From the human T2T-CHM13v2.0 reference genome, Homo sapiens, in assembly GCF_009914755.1 (NCBI RefSeq), contig NC_060929.1: 64,000 nucleotides of DNA, one strand, 5' to 3'. How positions within the stretch are numbered: position 1 is the stretch's first letter; the number at the start of each line of letters is the position of its first letter. The notes under the pieces are model-generated. The model had not been told where the DNA came from. It saw nothing but the letters and a program-made list of their open reading frames with translations, and ran no database searches. Of the stretch, positions 19,601 through 34,321 are shown one piece after another. The translations under genes and the position numbers were made by a program.

Positions 19601-21219
19601 ATTGTGGTTGGTGTATAATAATATCCAATGGTGATTTTAATTTGGTTTTCTCTGATGACTAACTACTTAAGCATCTTTTCTTGTGTGAATTGGTCATTTG
19701 TATACTCTCTTTTGTAAAAGGTCTGCTCAAATCTTTTGCCCATTTTTAATTAAGTTTTTGGTCTCATTAGTGAATCGTACAAGTTTATTTTATATAAAAT
19801 TTATTTGTAAAAATGTATGTATAGCTAATAATTTTTCCTTTACATATCTTGTCTTTTCATTTTTTAATAGTTTTCTTCAAATAAAAAAAGTTTTAAATTT
19901 TAATAAGGTGTAATTTATCTTTTTTTTTTTTTTTTTTGAGCTCATGCTTGTTGGTTTGCATGTAGAAAATCTTTGTTACTCCAAGATTCCAAAAAAATCT
20001 CTTACATTTTCTTCTTTATCTAATACATTTATATCTTGTTCTATTCAAGTTGGTTGTATTTGGTGTGAGGTAAGTGTTAATGTTATCTATTTTTATTTGG
20101 GGTAGCATAAAAATATACAGCTGTTTTAGCACTATTTGTTATGAAGAATATAATTTTTCTATTGAAATGCCTTTAAATCCTTGTCAAAAATTAACTGGTC
20201 ATATCTGTACCATTCTATTTCTAGATTCTCTATTTTGTTTCACTGATACATATGGCTATGCTTTCACCAATGCTAGACTATCTTGACTACTATAGCATTA
20301 TATCATAATAATGTTTAAATCAGGTAGCGTAAATCTTTCTACTTTGTTATTTAAAGCCCTTTGATTATCCTAGGTCATTTGCATTCCCATACAAATCTTA
20401 CAATTAGCTTATCAAATTCTACCTAAAAACATTCTACTGAGATTTTGATTGGCGATCGCATTTAATCTATAGGCTAATTTGGGGAGAATTGGCATCTTAA
20501 CAATATTACCTTTACAGTTCATTAAATTGCAAATCTCTCCATTTTTAACCACTTCTTGAATTCTTCTAATTTTCTATAGCTTTTAAGAAAAATCTCATAC
20601 ATCTTTTGTTAAATTGATTTATAGTTTATATAATTTCTTTGTTATTGTGAATAGAAGTTAACAAATTTTTATTTCCTATTTCTTCACTTACAGTATGTAA
20701 AAATGCAATGGATTTTTGTATCCTGTGATATTGCTCATTGTTTTTGTATCCCGTGACATTGCTAATTTCACATATTAGTTCATATAGTTGTTTCGTAGAT
20801 AACAGGTTCTTTACTTAGCACCAAGTCACCTTTAAATAAAAATAGTTTTCCTCCTTCTTTTCTGTATTTTAATGATTTTATTACTAACCTTATTACAATG
20901 ATTATGATCACTAGTATAATACTGAATTGTAGTGGTAAAAATAAGCATCCTTGTCTTATTATTCCCCGTCTTTGAAGGAAAGCATTCAACATTTCTCCAT
21001 TAAGTGTAATGCTAGCAATAGGTTTTAGTAGATGTCTTTTCTTTATTTCTAGTTTGCATAGTTTTTTGTTTGTTTTTATCATATATGGATATTGAATTCT
21101 GCCAAATATTTCATGCATTTTCCTCATACAGTATATAAAACTCTTCATATAAATATTTTAACAATTTGTCAATTTCTATTAAAAATTCTGTTGAATTTTT
21201 GTGATTTAATTGATAGATC
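19601..21219 (-). mobile_element. Old L1M ORF2 fragment(s)
   Basis: T-rich decayed L1; ORF 20780-21148 resembles RT (RQGCLFLPLQFSIIL, KLFLFKGD). Confidence 0.75.
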
Positions 21220-22013
<794 letters not shown>

Positions 22014-22050
22014 GAGAACTGACATTTTAAAGATATTATCTTCCATTTTG

Positions 22051-22126
22051 CGAAGGTTGCAGTGAGCCGACCGCACTCCAGCCTGGGCAACAGGGCGAGA
22101 CTCCGCCTCAAACAAACAAACAAAAA
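22051..22126 (+). mobile_element. Severely 5'-truncated Alu with (AAAC)n tail
   Basis: aggttgcagtgagccga...gcactccagcctgggcaacagggcgagactcc; TSD att(a/g)tcttccatttt at 22035-22049 / 22127-22141. Confidence 0.85.
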
Positions 22127-25039
22127 ATTGTCTTCCATTTTATAAATATGTTACATCTTTCCATTATGCAGGGAGAGTCTTTCTTCATTCCTTTCTTCAA
22201 TTTATACAATGTATACATTTGTTAAAACTTCTCAAATGGTCTAATTAAAATAGTTAATTTTATTATATATACATGTTATCTTTACTTGTTTTTGTAAATA
22301 CTCCTTTTATTTCTGGTTAGGAACTGGAGGCTCAGAGAGAATGATTAACTCAATACCTAACTCAAAAGATTTTTAGAAGTATCTAACACAAACTAAAATA
22401 ATAATTTCAGACATCTAGTTCCAATTAATAAGAGCATACTTTCCGCTAGTGTCTCTTAATTATTTCTGAATGTGATATTTAGTGGTATAATAAGCAAGGT
22501 GTCAGGAGAGCATTAGATATTCCAGAAATAAACACAAACACATGGGGGTAATGACATCTCAGGAATTTGTACAAGATTTTTAAAAATCACTTTCCAAATT
22601 TGTATTTCCTTTATTGCAATTAAAAAAATGCTTTTAGAAATACATTAATCGACACTTAATGCAGTTAGTAACCTATTCATATATTTTTAAAGTAGCATCT
22701 TAATTTTATAATACTAAGGGTATATGATAGGAATGATGGTAAAATAACCAATTTGATAACTAAACTCTGATATATGTGTGCAAACATATTTTGCAGAATA
22801 TTATCTCTTAGGGAGATCTGTAAATATTTATTGAATAAAATACATCTGATAGAAGTGGCAAATTAATTTTCTCTTATCATAAATTTTATGTAGCATCAGG
22901 AGTTATGAACTAAGTAGTAGGAGTAAGAATGCTGCATCTAAAATATTGCATCTGACTATGCTTCCTACAGTGTATATAGACCAGATTCATTCATTATTGA
23001 AGCAAAGTCGATACAGCTTTCCATTTACATATGTGATTGAAATATAACATATTTGAAGAACAAAGATGTTCATATAAGATATTTGAAAAATTATTCAAAG
23101 CAATAGGATCTTATATCAGTCATTTCTACCTTATCGTCAATGTGAATCAGTAAATTCATTCTACAGTTACTTCTAATGAAACAAGTGGCTTTGCACTTTA
23201 CCATTTCACAGTTCACTTTTCTAACCAATGTGTCATGGAGAGGATAAATAGATCATAATCCTTTTCCATGTTATCCTGTACGCTCCTTGGAATTAGCTTA
23301 TTGAACACTTCTTTTCAAGTCATTTGTCTACCCTCTCAGGCCATGATTTCTGTCATCTTTTTCTGAATTTGGCAGACCTCTTGATGCCAAGCTCAGCTAG
23401 TTATCTGCATCAGATTGTTGAAGTTTTTTATTAAAAACCCACATAGAAAAGACAAAGCAAGTAACCATCAGTCATTCTGACAACAGCAACTCCAAATATG
23501 GTCTTCAGTTTTTTTTAATGGTGAACACTTTCTGTCAATAACAAAGTTTATTCCATGGGAGTTACATAGGGAGTTTTCACCCAGAACAATTTTAGTAATT
23601 ATTTTCAGTTTTCTCAATGTAATTCCGTTGCTCTGTGGATCAGCAAGGCTCACTTCAATTATACAGTTCTTAAGGTCATCAGATACAATTTTGGTTTTTG
23701 AGTCCTTGCAACTAGTATCTTCCTGATATTTTAAATGTTAAACATAGTTTGTGCTTTACATTACACCAATCTTAGAATATAAATTTTTTTTTTAGTCTTG
23801 GCTTCTCTTATGCTGACTTTTCTTAAGTTGCTTTTCCTTCTCTACTGCCACAGTACTGATCAGAGACCCAAAGGGCAGCGAACGTATTTTAACCTAATTC
23901 CAGATATCCCAACCACCATAAAAACTGTATCCAAAGAAATAAAATGTATTTGAAGAAAACAACATTTAAAATCCTCTCTTGAAATTGTGGCATAGCACTT
24001 ATGTTGAAACAGGATTTTTTTTTCTTTTCTTAATCTCACTTTAAAATGTTATCCTTTTTGAATTTGATTTATGTAGCTGCTGGATGAAGGAGCTCTTTTA
24101 AATAATTGCCAAGAGAACAAAATAGGAATCAAAGTGTCAAATTCCCTAACATTATTTTGTAGGTAGCCTTAAATACTTCTTTAATGCCTGTGAGAAATCA
24201 AATATTGGTAATCTGTCTCTGTCCATTTCTCCCTTCACAGATAGCTAATGACATGCATTATACTTCCCTGACTGTGTGTACCTTTCATTTTACGCAAAGC
24301 CTTTAATCCTTCTCTTTTTAGATAAAATGCCGTAACCATAGTGTAGCAGGTTAAGATTGATTGACAAGTGCATATAATTATGGCTTCAATAGTGGAGTAT
24401 GTTTTACAGTTGAAAAAAAAATGCACAACCTTGAAAATAAAGAAGTTGTGCCCTTTCTCTGGGATAAAAGAATCATATCAAATTGGTTCATTTCTTTGCT
24501 GGAATGAAATAAAAGATTTCCTGTAACAAAGAACACCACCCAAAAGGCTACAGGAGGATGTCTTTCTTGACCAGATAATGCTTTGCCAATAAGAAAATCA
24601 AAAGAGATAAAGGTGGAATTTTAGGAGCTTGTCCCCTTTTACTTCATTTCCCATTCATAGTTCACACATAGTTGGAAACAAAAAGAGCTAATAGTAGAGA
24701 AATACAACATTCAAAGACATAAATTTACTAAATGTATAAAAATTAATGTTCATTAATTAAAACCAAGGATTATACTAGGTTAAACTAGCTTCCCCTACTT
24801 TACTTCCAGCCTCATATTATAACAAAACCTGCAATAAATTCATGTCATATTTCTGTAGTCTTAGTATTGTTTCAATCTAAGTACAAAAATATTTATAGAT
24901 TTAAGACTTTGTGTTAAAATGAGACTGAATGCACCAGTTGGGAACCTTAGATCTGGGCAGTCAGTGGGAAGACAGAGGCTTCACCTATCCCATGATGGGT
25001 ATGCTAATGGTATATAGACTTGTGGGCATGGGTGGTTAT

Positions 25040-26200
25040 TTGCTCACCCACTTATTGAAGCATTATTTGAACACCCACTATGGGCCAGATATCATTCGAG
25101 GTTCTGGGAATACACCAGTGAATCAAACGGTCCCTGCTGTGTAGAATTTACATTCTAGTGAAAAAGACTTCTAAGACACTAATACATGCATAATATGCCA
25201 ATTGGTGATAAGGGCTTTGCTATGGAGAAAATGAAAACCAGTATAAAGAGGACTGGTATTGTGAAGTGTGTGCTGTACTATATAAAGTGGCTGGGGAAGA
25301 AGTCTATAAAAAGATGACATTTGAGCAGATACCTAAGGACAGCAAGAGAGTATAATGTGGCTATTCAAGAGCTAAACATTCAAATCGGAGAAAATGCAAA
25401 GGCCCTGAAGCTAAGTATATTGGATGTGCAAAGAAGGAAGATAGGGGCAATAAAATAGAAGATAAATGCAAAGGAGTGATAAACATGATGTGCTGTGGGA
25501 TTTGTTGAGTGAGCAGAGAAGTGATAATATAAGGAAATATGACCCTAAAAAGGTGATAAGATGGATGAATTCTAGACTCGGTGGGTTAAATATGTTCAGA
25601 ATCGGGATAGAGAGGCACAGTAGCTTTAGAGTAGGAGCTGGGGATCAGAAAATAGAACAGTTGAAATTGTGGGTGGGGTACAATTAATGGTAATGAAAAT
25701 GTCTAGGGTATGACCATGAAAACGGGTGACTGAGGAAGGTCAGATGACAAGAGTTTAAGAAAAGGAGGTTATGAAATTAAAGTGCTGAAATACTGAATGA
25801 ATCACCTGTAAACTATTGAAATTACCAAGGATTATAATAGGATTAGTATTGAAAAGAATGACAGGATTAGTTTCTTAAACCTTCAGGGAATAAGGAATTG
25901 ACCCCATAGGCTTATAGACGACCAGGAAGGGTAGAGGGTAGTGTGATCTGATAGTGTAAGTTTCAAAGTGAGGGAGCTGAAGAAAGAAGGGAAAACAATA
26001 GTCTGAATAGCATAGAGGAGGGAAGAGAGCACTTAGCCTAAATGAAAGCAAATGAAGTTTCAGGAGTTCCTGAAAGAAAGACATACTACTTGAGAGAACT
26101 GCAGAGGAAGCAGTGTTGTCAGAGGAGAGCATTGTGTTAAAAAGTTTCACTCAGATAAAGAAGGTGATTATAACACTCAATGTTTGTGCTTCTGGAAGAC
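25040..26200 (-). mobile_element. L2 (3' end plus internal pieces)
   Basis: ttatttgaacacccactatgggccag...ttacattctagtg...gatgacatttgagcagatacctaagg...ctattgaaattaccaaggatt. Confidence 0.7.
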
Positions 26201-27031
26201 TTCTTGGATGGCAGCCCATGAGTTTAAGAAGGCATTGACACAGGGTTTAGGAATTTGGGAATGAATGAAACAAGAGTCTGATTAAGCGATAGACAGATGA
26301 TGGCATGAGGAATGACATCACAATGAGAGGTGGGCTTCTTACTGAGATTAAAATTAAAGGGGATGTGGAGCAGGGTAGACAGTCCAAATAGTCATCTTGG
26401 CAAATTGAAATAGAGAGGCTGGGCATGTGGGAGAAGGTTGGGTACCATTATGAGGAACATCACAGTTCTGGATGACCTCTTAATTCCTCTTATGGCAAAG
26501 GAGAAGATGCATGAGGGTCCTTTGCTAGGCTAAAAATGCCCTAAAACAAGAAGAAAGATGTTTTATTTCATGCTTATGTCAGCATGCAGTTTAGGACCTT
26601 ACATATCATGTACACAATAGATGTCTTATGAATTGGAAAGATTCAAATCATAGTATGAATTACCAAAAAAGAAATTTCAGGCTCTGACTTTGTAAAAGTA
26701 AGATCTCCTAATGCTAGGCTGTTTAGAAGACAAAATAGTCTCTTCCTTCTATACAGTGGGTTCTCACGGATGCAGAAAAGCTTGCTTATGTCAAGATACC
26801 TCCAATGTTGGCATTTCGCAATGCTCCCAGACAAAGAACTGAGAGAATTTGGGAATAAAAAAGTCTGGTGTTCTTGCAAAATATTTTTTTCTGACCTATT
26901 AATCTTTCATTGTTGCTTTTTAATTCAAAGGCATATGCAAATTATATGCATATTTAAAGTGATACTCTTCTTAAAATGAGAGGCTATCAAGCCCCACATT
27001 CTCAGTGCTTGTCCTTCCAGTTGCTCTAGAT

Positions 27032-27250
27032 CAAGCTTGTCCAACCCACAGCCTGCAGGCCACATGTGGCCCAGGATGGCATTAAATGTGGCCCAACACA
27101 AATTTGTAAACTTTCTTAAAACATTTCAAGGTATTTTTTTACAATTTTTATTTTTTAGCTCATCAGCTATCCTCAGTGTATTTTATATATGGCCCAAGAC
27201 AATTCTTCTTCCAATGTGGCCCAAGGAAGCCAAAAGATTGGACACCCCTG
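27032..27250 (-). mobile_element. MER30 (hAT-Charlie MITE)
   Basis: caagcttgtccaacc...attggacacccctg; 8-bp TSD ctctagat at 27024-27031 / 27251-27258. Confidence 0.92.
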
Positions 27251-27337
27251 CTCTAGATTGTCTCCTCAAGACACAGTTTGAAAACCATAGTTCTGGCCCA
27301 TAAAGAAATGAATTTATGTAATGTTTCTGTTTCCTCA

Positions 27338-27889
27338 TGTAGGGAAAAAGAAACTTTTCCTCTACTTATATATTCAGTGGCTGAAGCCTGTGAATTAAAC
27401 TGACAAAAGACAGATCAACAGGAGTAAACGCATACAGCTTTTGTTGATGTTAATATTTTTACATGTGTAGGGGCTTCACAGAAAAGAAGTGAAAACCCAG
27501 AGAGTAGTTATACTCAGAAGCTTATATAACATTTAAACAAAGGCTGATAAATGTGGAGAAATGACTAGACAAAAGAAAAGATGGTTGGGCTTCTAGGAAC
27601 AATACATTTTGGAAAGGTAAATACATGGAAAACTGATGGAAGGTACAGGTTATTTTAGTAAGGTTTGCTTGTGCAAACTCATTTTGATGCCAACTTTATG
27701 TCTTATTTATGGCCACAAAATTCAACTAGAGAGGGGATTTATAATAGTCTTCAACTTTGAGAAGTTTCTTCTTTTAATCAGATAGGGAACACTCTAACTG
27801 TATCTGTTGATTCTTAATTGCCTTCACCTCAAAATAATTCTCATGTTTAAAGCAGCATTTTGGGAGGTAGCGTATTCTGATCCTCTTCA
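27338..27889 (-). mobile_element. MER34-family (ERV1) solo LTR
   Basis: The minus strand begins tgaagaggatcagaatacgctacctcccaaaatgctgc...attattttgaggtgaaggcaattaag; TG...CA ends; TSD ctca/ctta. Confidence 0.8.
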
Positions 27890-28799
27890 CTTACAAGGCA
27901 ATACCTTCATTTTGCAAAAGTCTTTTTCCAATTAATAGTAAAATCTTGACTTCCTGAACCACAGTGGTTCTGGGGCTATCCTAGAGCTTAGTGGATTAAA
28001 TTAAATTTGCTTATCACAAGACTACTCTTTAACTCTTTGTATTCCGCTAATAGAACCTCATGTGTCTTCTTTTTGCTGGGCTAAGCACTTCTGTTTCTTG
28101 GATAATGTAATTTTAGGTGGCACATTATTTTGAAGCCCTGAATGTGGTCCAAGAAAAGAAGGATGTTTTAAGCACATGAGCACTGTTATCTTGGATAGCA
28201 TGTTTTTATCCATAGCCACATCCTGCCCTAAAAATTCTTTAAAGAATTGGAGTGCCTTTTATTCAATAAAGAAACAGAAGAGGACAGCCGTGGAGAGATG
28301 ATCAATAAACATATTTTGCAACCACTAATACTCTATAGATAAACTTATCAAAATACTTAGCTGTCATTTCAGAAATTGCAAAACAATATCCAAAAGCAAT
28401 TGGACACTGGTAGGTTATTTTGAGAGGAACAGAAGTGTAATCCAAAATCCCAGACAATTGGCCAATGAGGTCAAGACTTGGCAAAACATTTCCAGAAGAG
28501 ACAGCAGGAAGCTGGAGGTAAATGGGAAGTCAGAGTGGAGGAAGCTATGGCATGGAATATTTGTGTGGAGAGAAAGCTTGGGTAGTAGGGAAGAGAGAAA
28601 GGAAATATTTAAAGACAAGAGAAAATAAATGCTAAATCTGGCTACAAGAAATGTATCAGCCATAATAGCAGTGGAAGGAAAGATAACTGAGCACTAAATT
28701 TTTTTTATTATTATTAGCTGCCAGTGGATGATGTTGATGAATAAAATGACTGCTAGAACAATGTGGCACCACCGCCTTGATTCAGGCTAATGAGTCAGC

Positions 28800-28965
28800 A
28801 CTTATACCCACAATTTGCTTTTGTAACAGGGCTACAAATGTCAATATAGTGAATAAGACAAATGTTGCCTTAGTATTATTAGGAAAATAGTTTTGATCTT
28901 TCAGATTCCTTGGAAGGGTGTTGGGGACTCCTAAGAGTCTACAGATTTCACTTAAAGAAGTGCTG
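28800..28965. mobile_element. Charlie7/MER119-like DNA transposon end
   Basis: ccttagtattattaggaaaatagttttgatc...ggaagggtgttggggactcc...cacttaaagaagtgctg. Confidence 0.55.
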
Positions 28966-31900
28966 CATATTTTATTTTATGATTTTTGTGACAATCACCT
29001 TTTAAATCTTCATTCAAAGGTAAGATTTCTCCCACTCCCCCAACTATGGCCTGACACAGGGAAAATGGCAAGGCAAGGAGCTATGTTTTTTTCTGTCTAC
29101 TTCACTATCTATCCCACTGAATAATAAATGTTTCTGATCCCTCTGCATTTGGGAAGCTGGTTTAGTGCTTGCTGAGCCTGTCACAGGTTTAAGGCTTTCC
29201 TAGATGATTTCAAGGATTCTTCAAGGACACCACTTCTTGTGTCTAGATATTGTTCCCCTCAAGTTTCCTTGATGAGTTAGATGTGTCTCTGTTCTCGCAG
29301 GTCACTTCCTCCTTCTGTAAGCTCTAACATTGCAGTTAGCTTCACTTTATCTCTGGCCAGGATATTTATCCCAGAAATTGGTTAAGTTCCATTCTATTCC
29401 CTATCCTAAAAGATTTGTCCTCATTTCTGAAAATTTTCATAAATATTGGCATCCAACTGAAAGAGTTCTGAGTTACATAGTATAATTGTCCATCAAAACA
29501 AATATCCGTAATACCAACCAATTATAAACTAAGAACAACATTATGCTGAGAAAGAGATATTGCATGTAATTGCTGTAAACAAACATTCTTAGAGTTCCCT
29601 CACAGTAACTGTTTTTATATGCAACCTCCAACCTGACCTACAATATTGTCAATTATCACGACCGTCTTTACAATCAATATGACTCACTATGATGGAACTA
29701 AAAACAAAGTAATTAATACTTTTTGTTAGAGTGGCCAAAATAAAATAGTTCATCATCTATGTTTCTCTATATTATAATAAAACCAGACTATTTACATTTA
29801 CATATATATAACACATATACACATATTATTTCATACAATTATATTTATATATAATAAATATATAGTATTTCACATAATTACATAATCTATGGTCAAAATC
29901 CAAAAGGTTTAGCCTATTTTTCATAGCATTTTCTCAGGAAAATAGATCATTTATATATTAAACTTGTACCAGAATCAGAAATATTTCAGCAAGATAATAC
30001 AAAGATAGTAATTATATACTTAAAATGTATCCACTAATAATGTACAGTCATTGAAATTTAGCAACAATGTAGGAAATCCTTATCTTTTGTATTATTTCAA
30101 TAAAATCTCAGTAAAGTTTTCTAAGTAATTTTACTTTAATTGATATAAATAACTCTTCTAATAAATTTAATTTAAATGCCTATTTAAGACTTAATTTAAA
30201 GTGCTGCTCTCTAAACTGTGTAGTCTGACCAGACAAATGTTCTTAATGCCAGAGATGATTTGTACTTTGAAATCCTCAGGGAAAAAAATAGATAAAAAGA
30301 AAAATGGATCAGCACATCCTTAGTAGCTAAACCATTATTTACTTACTAGGTTTAGTACATGAGAGGGATATTGTCAGACTGCTCACTTCTGCGATAAAAT
30401 GAAATCACGTCAGCATTTTTCACACCCAACAAAAGAAATATGTAATATATACAGAACTGTACTTCCTTTTAAGGAAAAAAAAATCACCTTCTCAGCTCAA
30501 TAGCCTACCTTAATCTGGTGATTAAATTCCAAGGATGGGTGATCTTGAGCTGTCATAAAAATACAAAGTGTATCCATATATTGGATTTTATTAATCTCCT
30601 GATTTTGACTGCCTTGGTTTTATTCTTCAAATAAGCTAGAAAAGTCCATTTATGTTTACATTCTAAAGCATAATTATTATTATTAAAAAGTCGCAGTAAC
30701 TTATGAGCTGTAAAACTAGTAAATTATATCCAGTCTGTAAGTAGAACTAATTATAAAGCTGTTGCTTGATTAAAGTGTTTATACTAAAGAGTATTAAAGG
30801 GATTAGTCCAAAGCTTTACATCCAGCAGCACGGAATTAATATGCAGGATTTAAACACTCAAATTAATTCAGGTGCAGCAAACAATTATATGAAATAGGAA
30901 CACTCGACCCAGCTAATGACCACACTAGTCCACCAAGCTAATTTATAATCATGTACTTATTGACCTCTCTGCATGTTCACAAAGGACTGTTCTCATGCTA
31001 ATTCCTGCCTGCAAGCCACTGTCATAGCCCTATGTCTAGTCATCACAGTGATTAGTACCAGATGGGAACAACAGACTCTGCTTCCCTAATATCATTGCTA
31101 GTTTTGTTGCAATGAGATCTCATCTTGCAAGGAGTTACATGTAAATGATAAACTATATATCACCAGCACCATTAAGGAGAAGCATTTAGCAAGAGCTTAC
31201 TATGAAATTTTCTAGTGTCTTCACCAAACAATCTAGTTATGCTCCAAACCTGACTTTTGTGTTTATCAGCTAATTGGAATAAATGTGGGGAAAGAGAGAG
31301 AGATTAGGTCAAAATAATAAATAGTAAAGTATTTAAAAATAAATAATAAATTAGTCCAGTTTAATATTTCTGCATCTGACAATCAAGCTAGTCAAACCAC
31401 ACCCCAGTCCATGCTTACCTTTCTTCAGGATTTCTTTTTAGATCAATGAACCCAGTCTGGGTCCCCTGAAATGTATTCATTAAAAATTTTCATCAAACAT
31501 TTCTTAAGCTCCTACCTTGTACATCATGAAACGTTTTTTTTAAAAATGTATAATGCAACACTTGCTCCAATGAACCAAGAAGCATGCACTTTGCAGGAAA
31601 GAGAAGGTAATTTTACTATTAGTTATGCATAAATTTGAAAGAGTATTGGCATAGTAGAGGCACAAATAATTATGTGAGTTCATATACAGGAAGATGATAC
31701 CACAAGTAGGGCAAGTGTGCTATATAAACCATTAGACCTCGAGCCCAAAGACATGGGTTAGAATTAGTCTGCTTGTCTTACTAGATGTGTGACTTTAGAC
31801 AATCTCTTTAATGTACCTGTGCCACATTGTTGAAAATTTTTATTTTATACATACTTAACAGCATTGTTGAATTGGGATGAAATCTAATTTCTCATATCCA

Positions 31901-32413
31901 CATAAAAGAACATCTTTGCTGTTACTAGCTATCTTACCAAAGACATGGCTGGTAAGGTGACCCACTGAGACCAAATACGATTTGTCTGATTTCTTAAATT
32001 CATTCATTCATTCATTCTTTAACTGATAGCTGTTTTGGCCGAAAACTCTTCTGTCCTGAGAGAGGGTAACACAGCAAGCAAGAATGATACATTTATCTTC
32101 CCTTGAGGGAGATTTTTCACTAGGCTGTCTTTATCTTTAAGGAAGGGTAAAAACATATTGTAAAAACCCAGAGGCCGTTTCTGATGAGCCATAACCAATC
32201 TGTATAATGGACAGTATGAAACTAACAGTGCATGGGCTTTGAGGATGCACCCCCATAGGAAAAGTTGGAGTATATCTGGAAATATACCAAGGGGAAGCAA
32301 TATAAACAAATGATTCTCAGTCTGAGGGTCAGATGCCTGCCTCTGAAAGTGTGTTTTAGATAGTTTGTGACTACTGCAATACCGAGACCCCAGCAATTGC
32401 CCAGGAGTGCTAA

Positions 32414-34321
32414 TGAAACAGGATATTTCCCTGATCCCTTTGTGGGTGGGAACAGGAGTGCATGGGAACTGGAACTAGCCGGCCGCTTTGATGCCAACAG
32501 GAGCGAACTCCACTCACTCAAACTTGCTGTGTTCCACCCCTTGCAGGAGGGTGAGTGCAGGTGAGGAGGTGCAGGAGCCAGGTTGTGAGCTTTTTCTTTC
32601 TTTTTTTTTTTTTATTATACTTTAAGTTTTAGGGTACATGTGCACAACGTGCAGGTTTGTTACATATGTATACATGTGCCATGTTGGTGTGCTGCACCCA
32701 ATAACTCATCATTTAACATTAGGTATATCTCCTAATGCTATCCCTCCCCCCTCTCCCCACCCAACAGGCCCCAATGTGTGGTGTTCCCCTTCCTGTGTCC
32801 ATGTGTTCTCATTGTCCAATTCCCACCTATGAGTGAGAACATGCAGTGTTTAGTCTTTTGTCCCTGCGATAGTTTGCTGAGAATGATGGTTTCCAGCTTC
32901 ATCCATGTCCCTACAAAGGACATGAACTCATCATTTTTTATGGCTGCAGAGTATTCCATGGTGTATATGTGCCACATTTTCTTAATCCAGTCTATCATTG
33001 TTGGACATTTGGGTTGGTTCCAAGTCTTTGCTATTGTGAATAGTGCCACAATAAACGTACGTGTGCATGTGTCTTTATAGCAGCATGATTTATAATCCTT
33101 TGGGTATACACCCAGTAATGGGATGGCTGGGTCAAATGGTATTTCTAGTTCTAGATCCCTGAGGAATCACCACACTGACTTCCACAATGGTTGAAGTAGC
33201 TTACAGTCCCACCAACAGTGTAAAAGTGTTCCTATTTCTCCACATCCTCTCCAGCACCTGTGGTTTCCTGACTTTTTAATGATCACCATTCTAACTGGTG
33301 TGAGATGGTATCCCATTGTGGTTTTGATTTGCATTTCTCTGATGGCCAGTGATGATGAGCATTTTTTCATGTGTCTTTTGGCTGCATAAATGTCTTCTTT
33401 TGAGAAGTGTCTGTTCATATCCTTCGCCCACTTTTTGATGGGGTTGTTTGTTTTTTTCTTGTAAATTTGTTTCAGTTCATTGTAGATTCTGGATATTAGC
33501 CCTTTGTCAGATGAGTAGATTGCAAAAATTTTCTCCCATTCTCTAGGTTGCCTGTTCACTCTGATGGTAGTTTCTTTTGCTGTGCAGAAGCTCTTTAGTT
33601 TAATTAGATCCCATTTGTCAATTCTGGCTTTTGTTGCCATTGCTTTTGGTATTTTGTGCACAAGCAAGAGCGAACTCTGTATCGGCCCTACCCCAGCATC
33701 TAAGGGAGGGTGCTTGTGACCCCTGGAGCCCCAGAGGAAGTGTTGCAGTACTCTTTTAGCTCTGCTGTCTGTGGATGGCTTAAGTGTTATCAGCTCATTA
33801 GAGGGTCAGTGTGACAGCGTTTTGCACCCGCACTCATGGCACCTGAGGTCTTGTCCAGTGTCCAGGAGGAATGAAGTCACACACATAAATTGAAGATGGT
33901 AAATGCAGGGAATTTTATTGCTGATGAAAGTGGCTCTTAGCAGAAAGGAGAGCTGAAAAGGGGATGGAGTGGGAAGACAAATTTCCCCTGAAGTCCAGCT
34001 GTCCCAGCTAGACTCTTCTCTGAAGCTACACTGTCAAGCTGTCCCTCTGAAGTCAAGCCACTTCTTTCTGATATCCAGCTATAGTTTCTGAAGTCTGGCT
34101 GCTTCTCCTCTCTCTGCCAGCTGAGCCTGGGATTTTATGGGCAAAAGATGGGGGGTGGGGCGGGCCATGGTTAGTTTTGGAAAAGGCAACACTTGAGTGG
34201 GAAAACAGCAATGTCAGTTCTCACCTTGGGCCATGGTATTGGGCTTTTCAGCTTAAGGTTGTGGCCCTCACTGAGGACCCACCTTCTTCTGCCCAGAATT
34301 TCCCTGCTCCTGTCCCGATCA
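32414..34321 (-). mobile_element. LTR1/MER52-group (ERV1) solo LTR split by an L1
   Basis: tgaaacaggatatttccctg...gagcgaactcc... and ...ttttggaaaaggcaacac...gcccagaatttccctgctcctgtcccgatca; same family as the LTR at 1315 but in opposite orientation; imperfect TSD ctaa/ctac. Confidence 0.8.
32591..33655 (-). mobile_element. L1PA4-like 3' fragment (~1.06 kb)
   Basis: Poly-T, 3'UTR and ORF2 C-terminal ORFs 32738-33049 and 33167-33667; no TSD beyond a T run. Confidence 0.95.

Noticed and set aside
31419-31465. Small minus-strand exon candidate, plus other isolated cag|gtaag donors
   Set aside because: Weak acceptor; isolated splice-like motifs are expected by chance in 64 kb.
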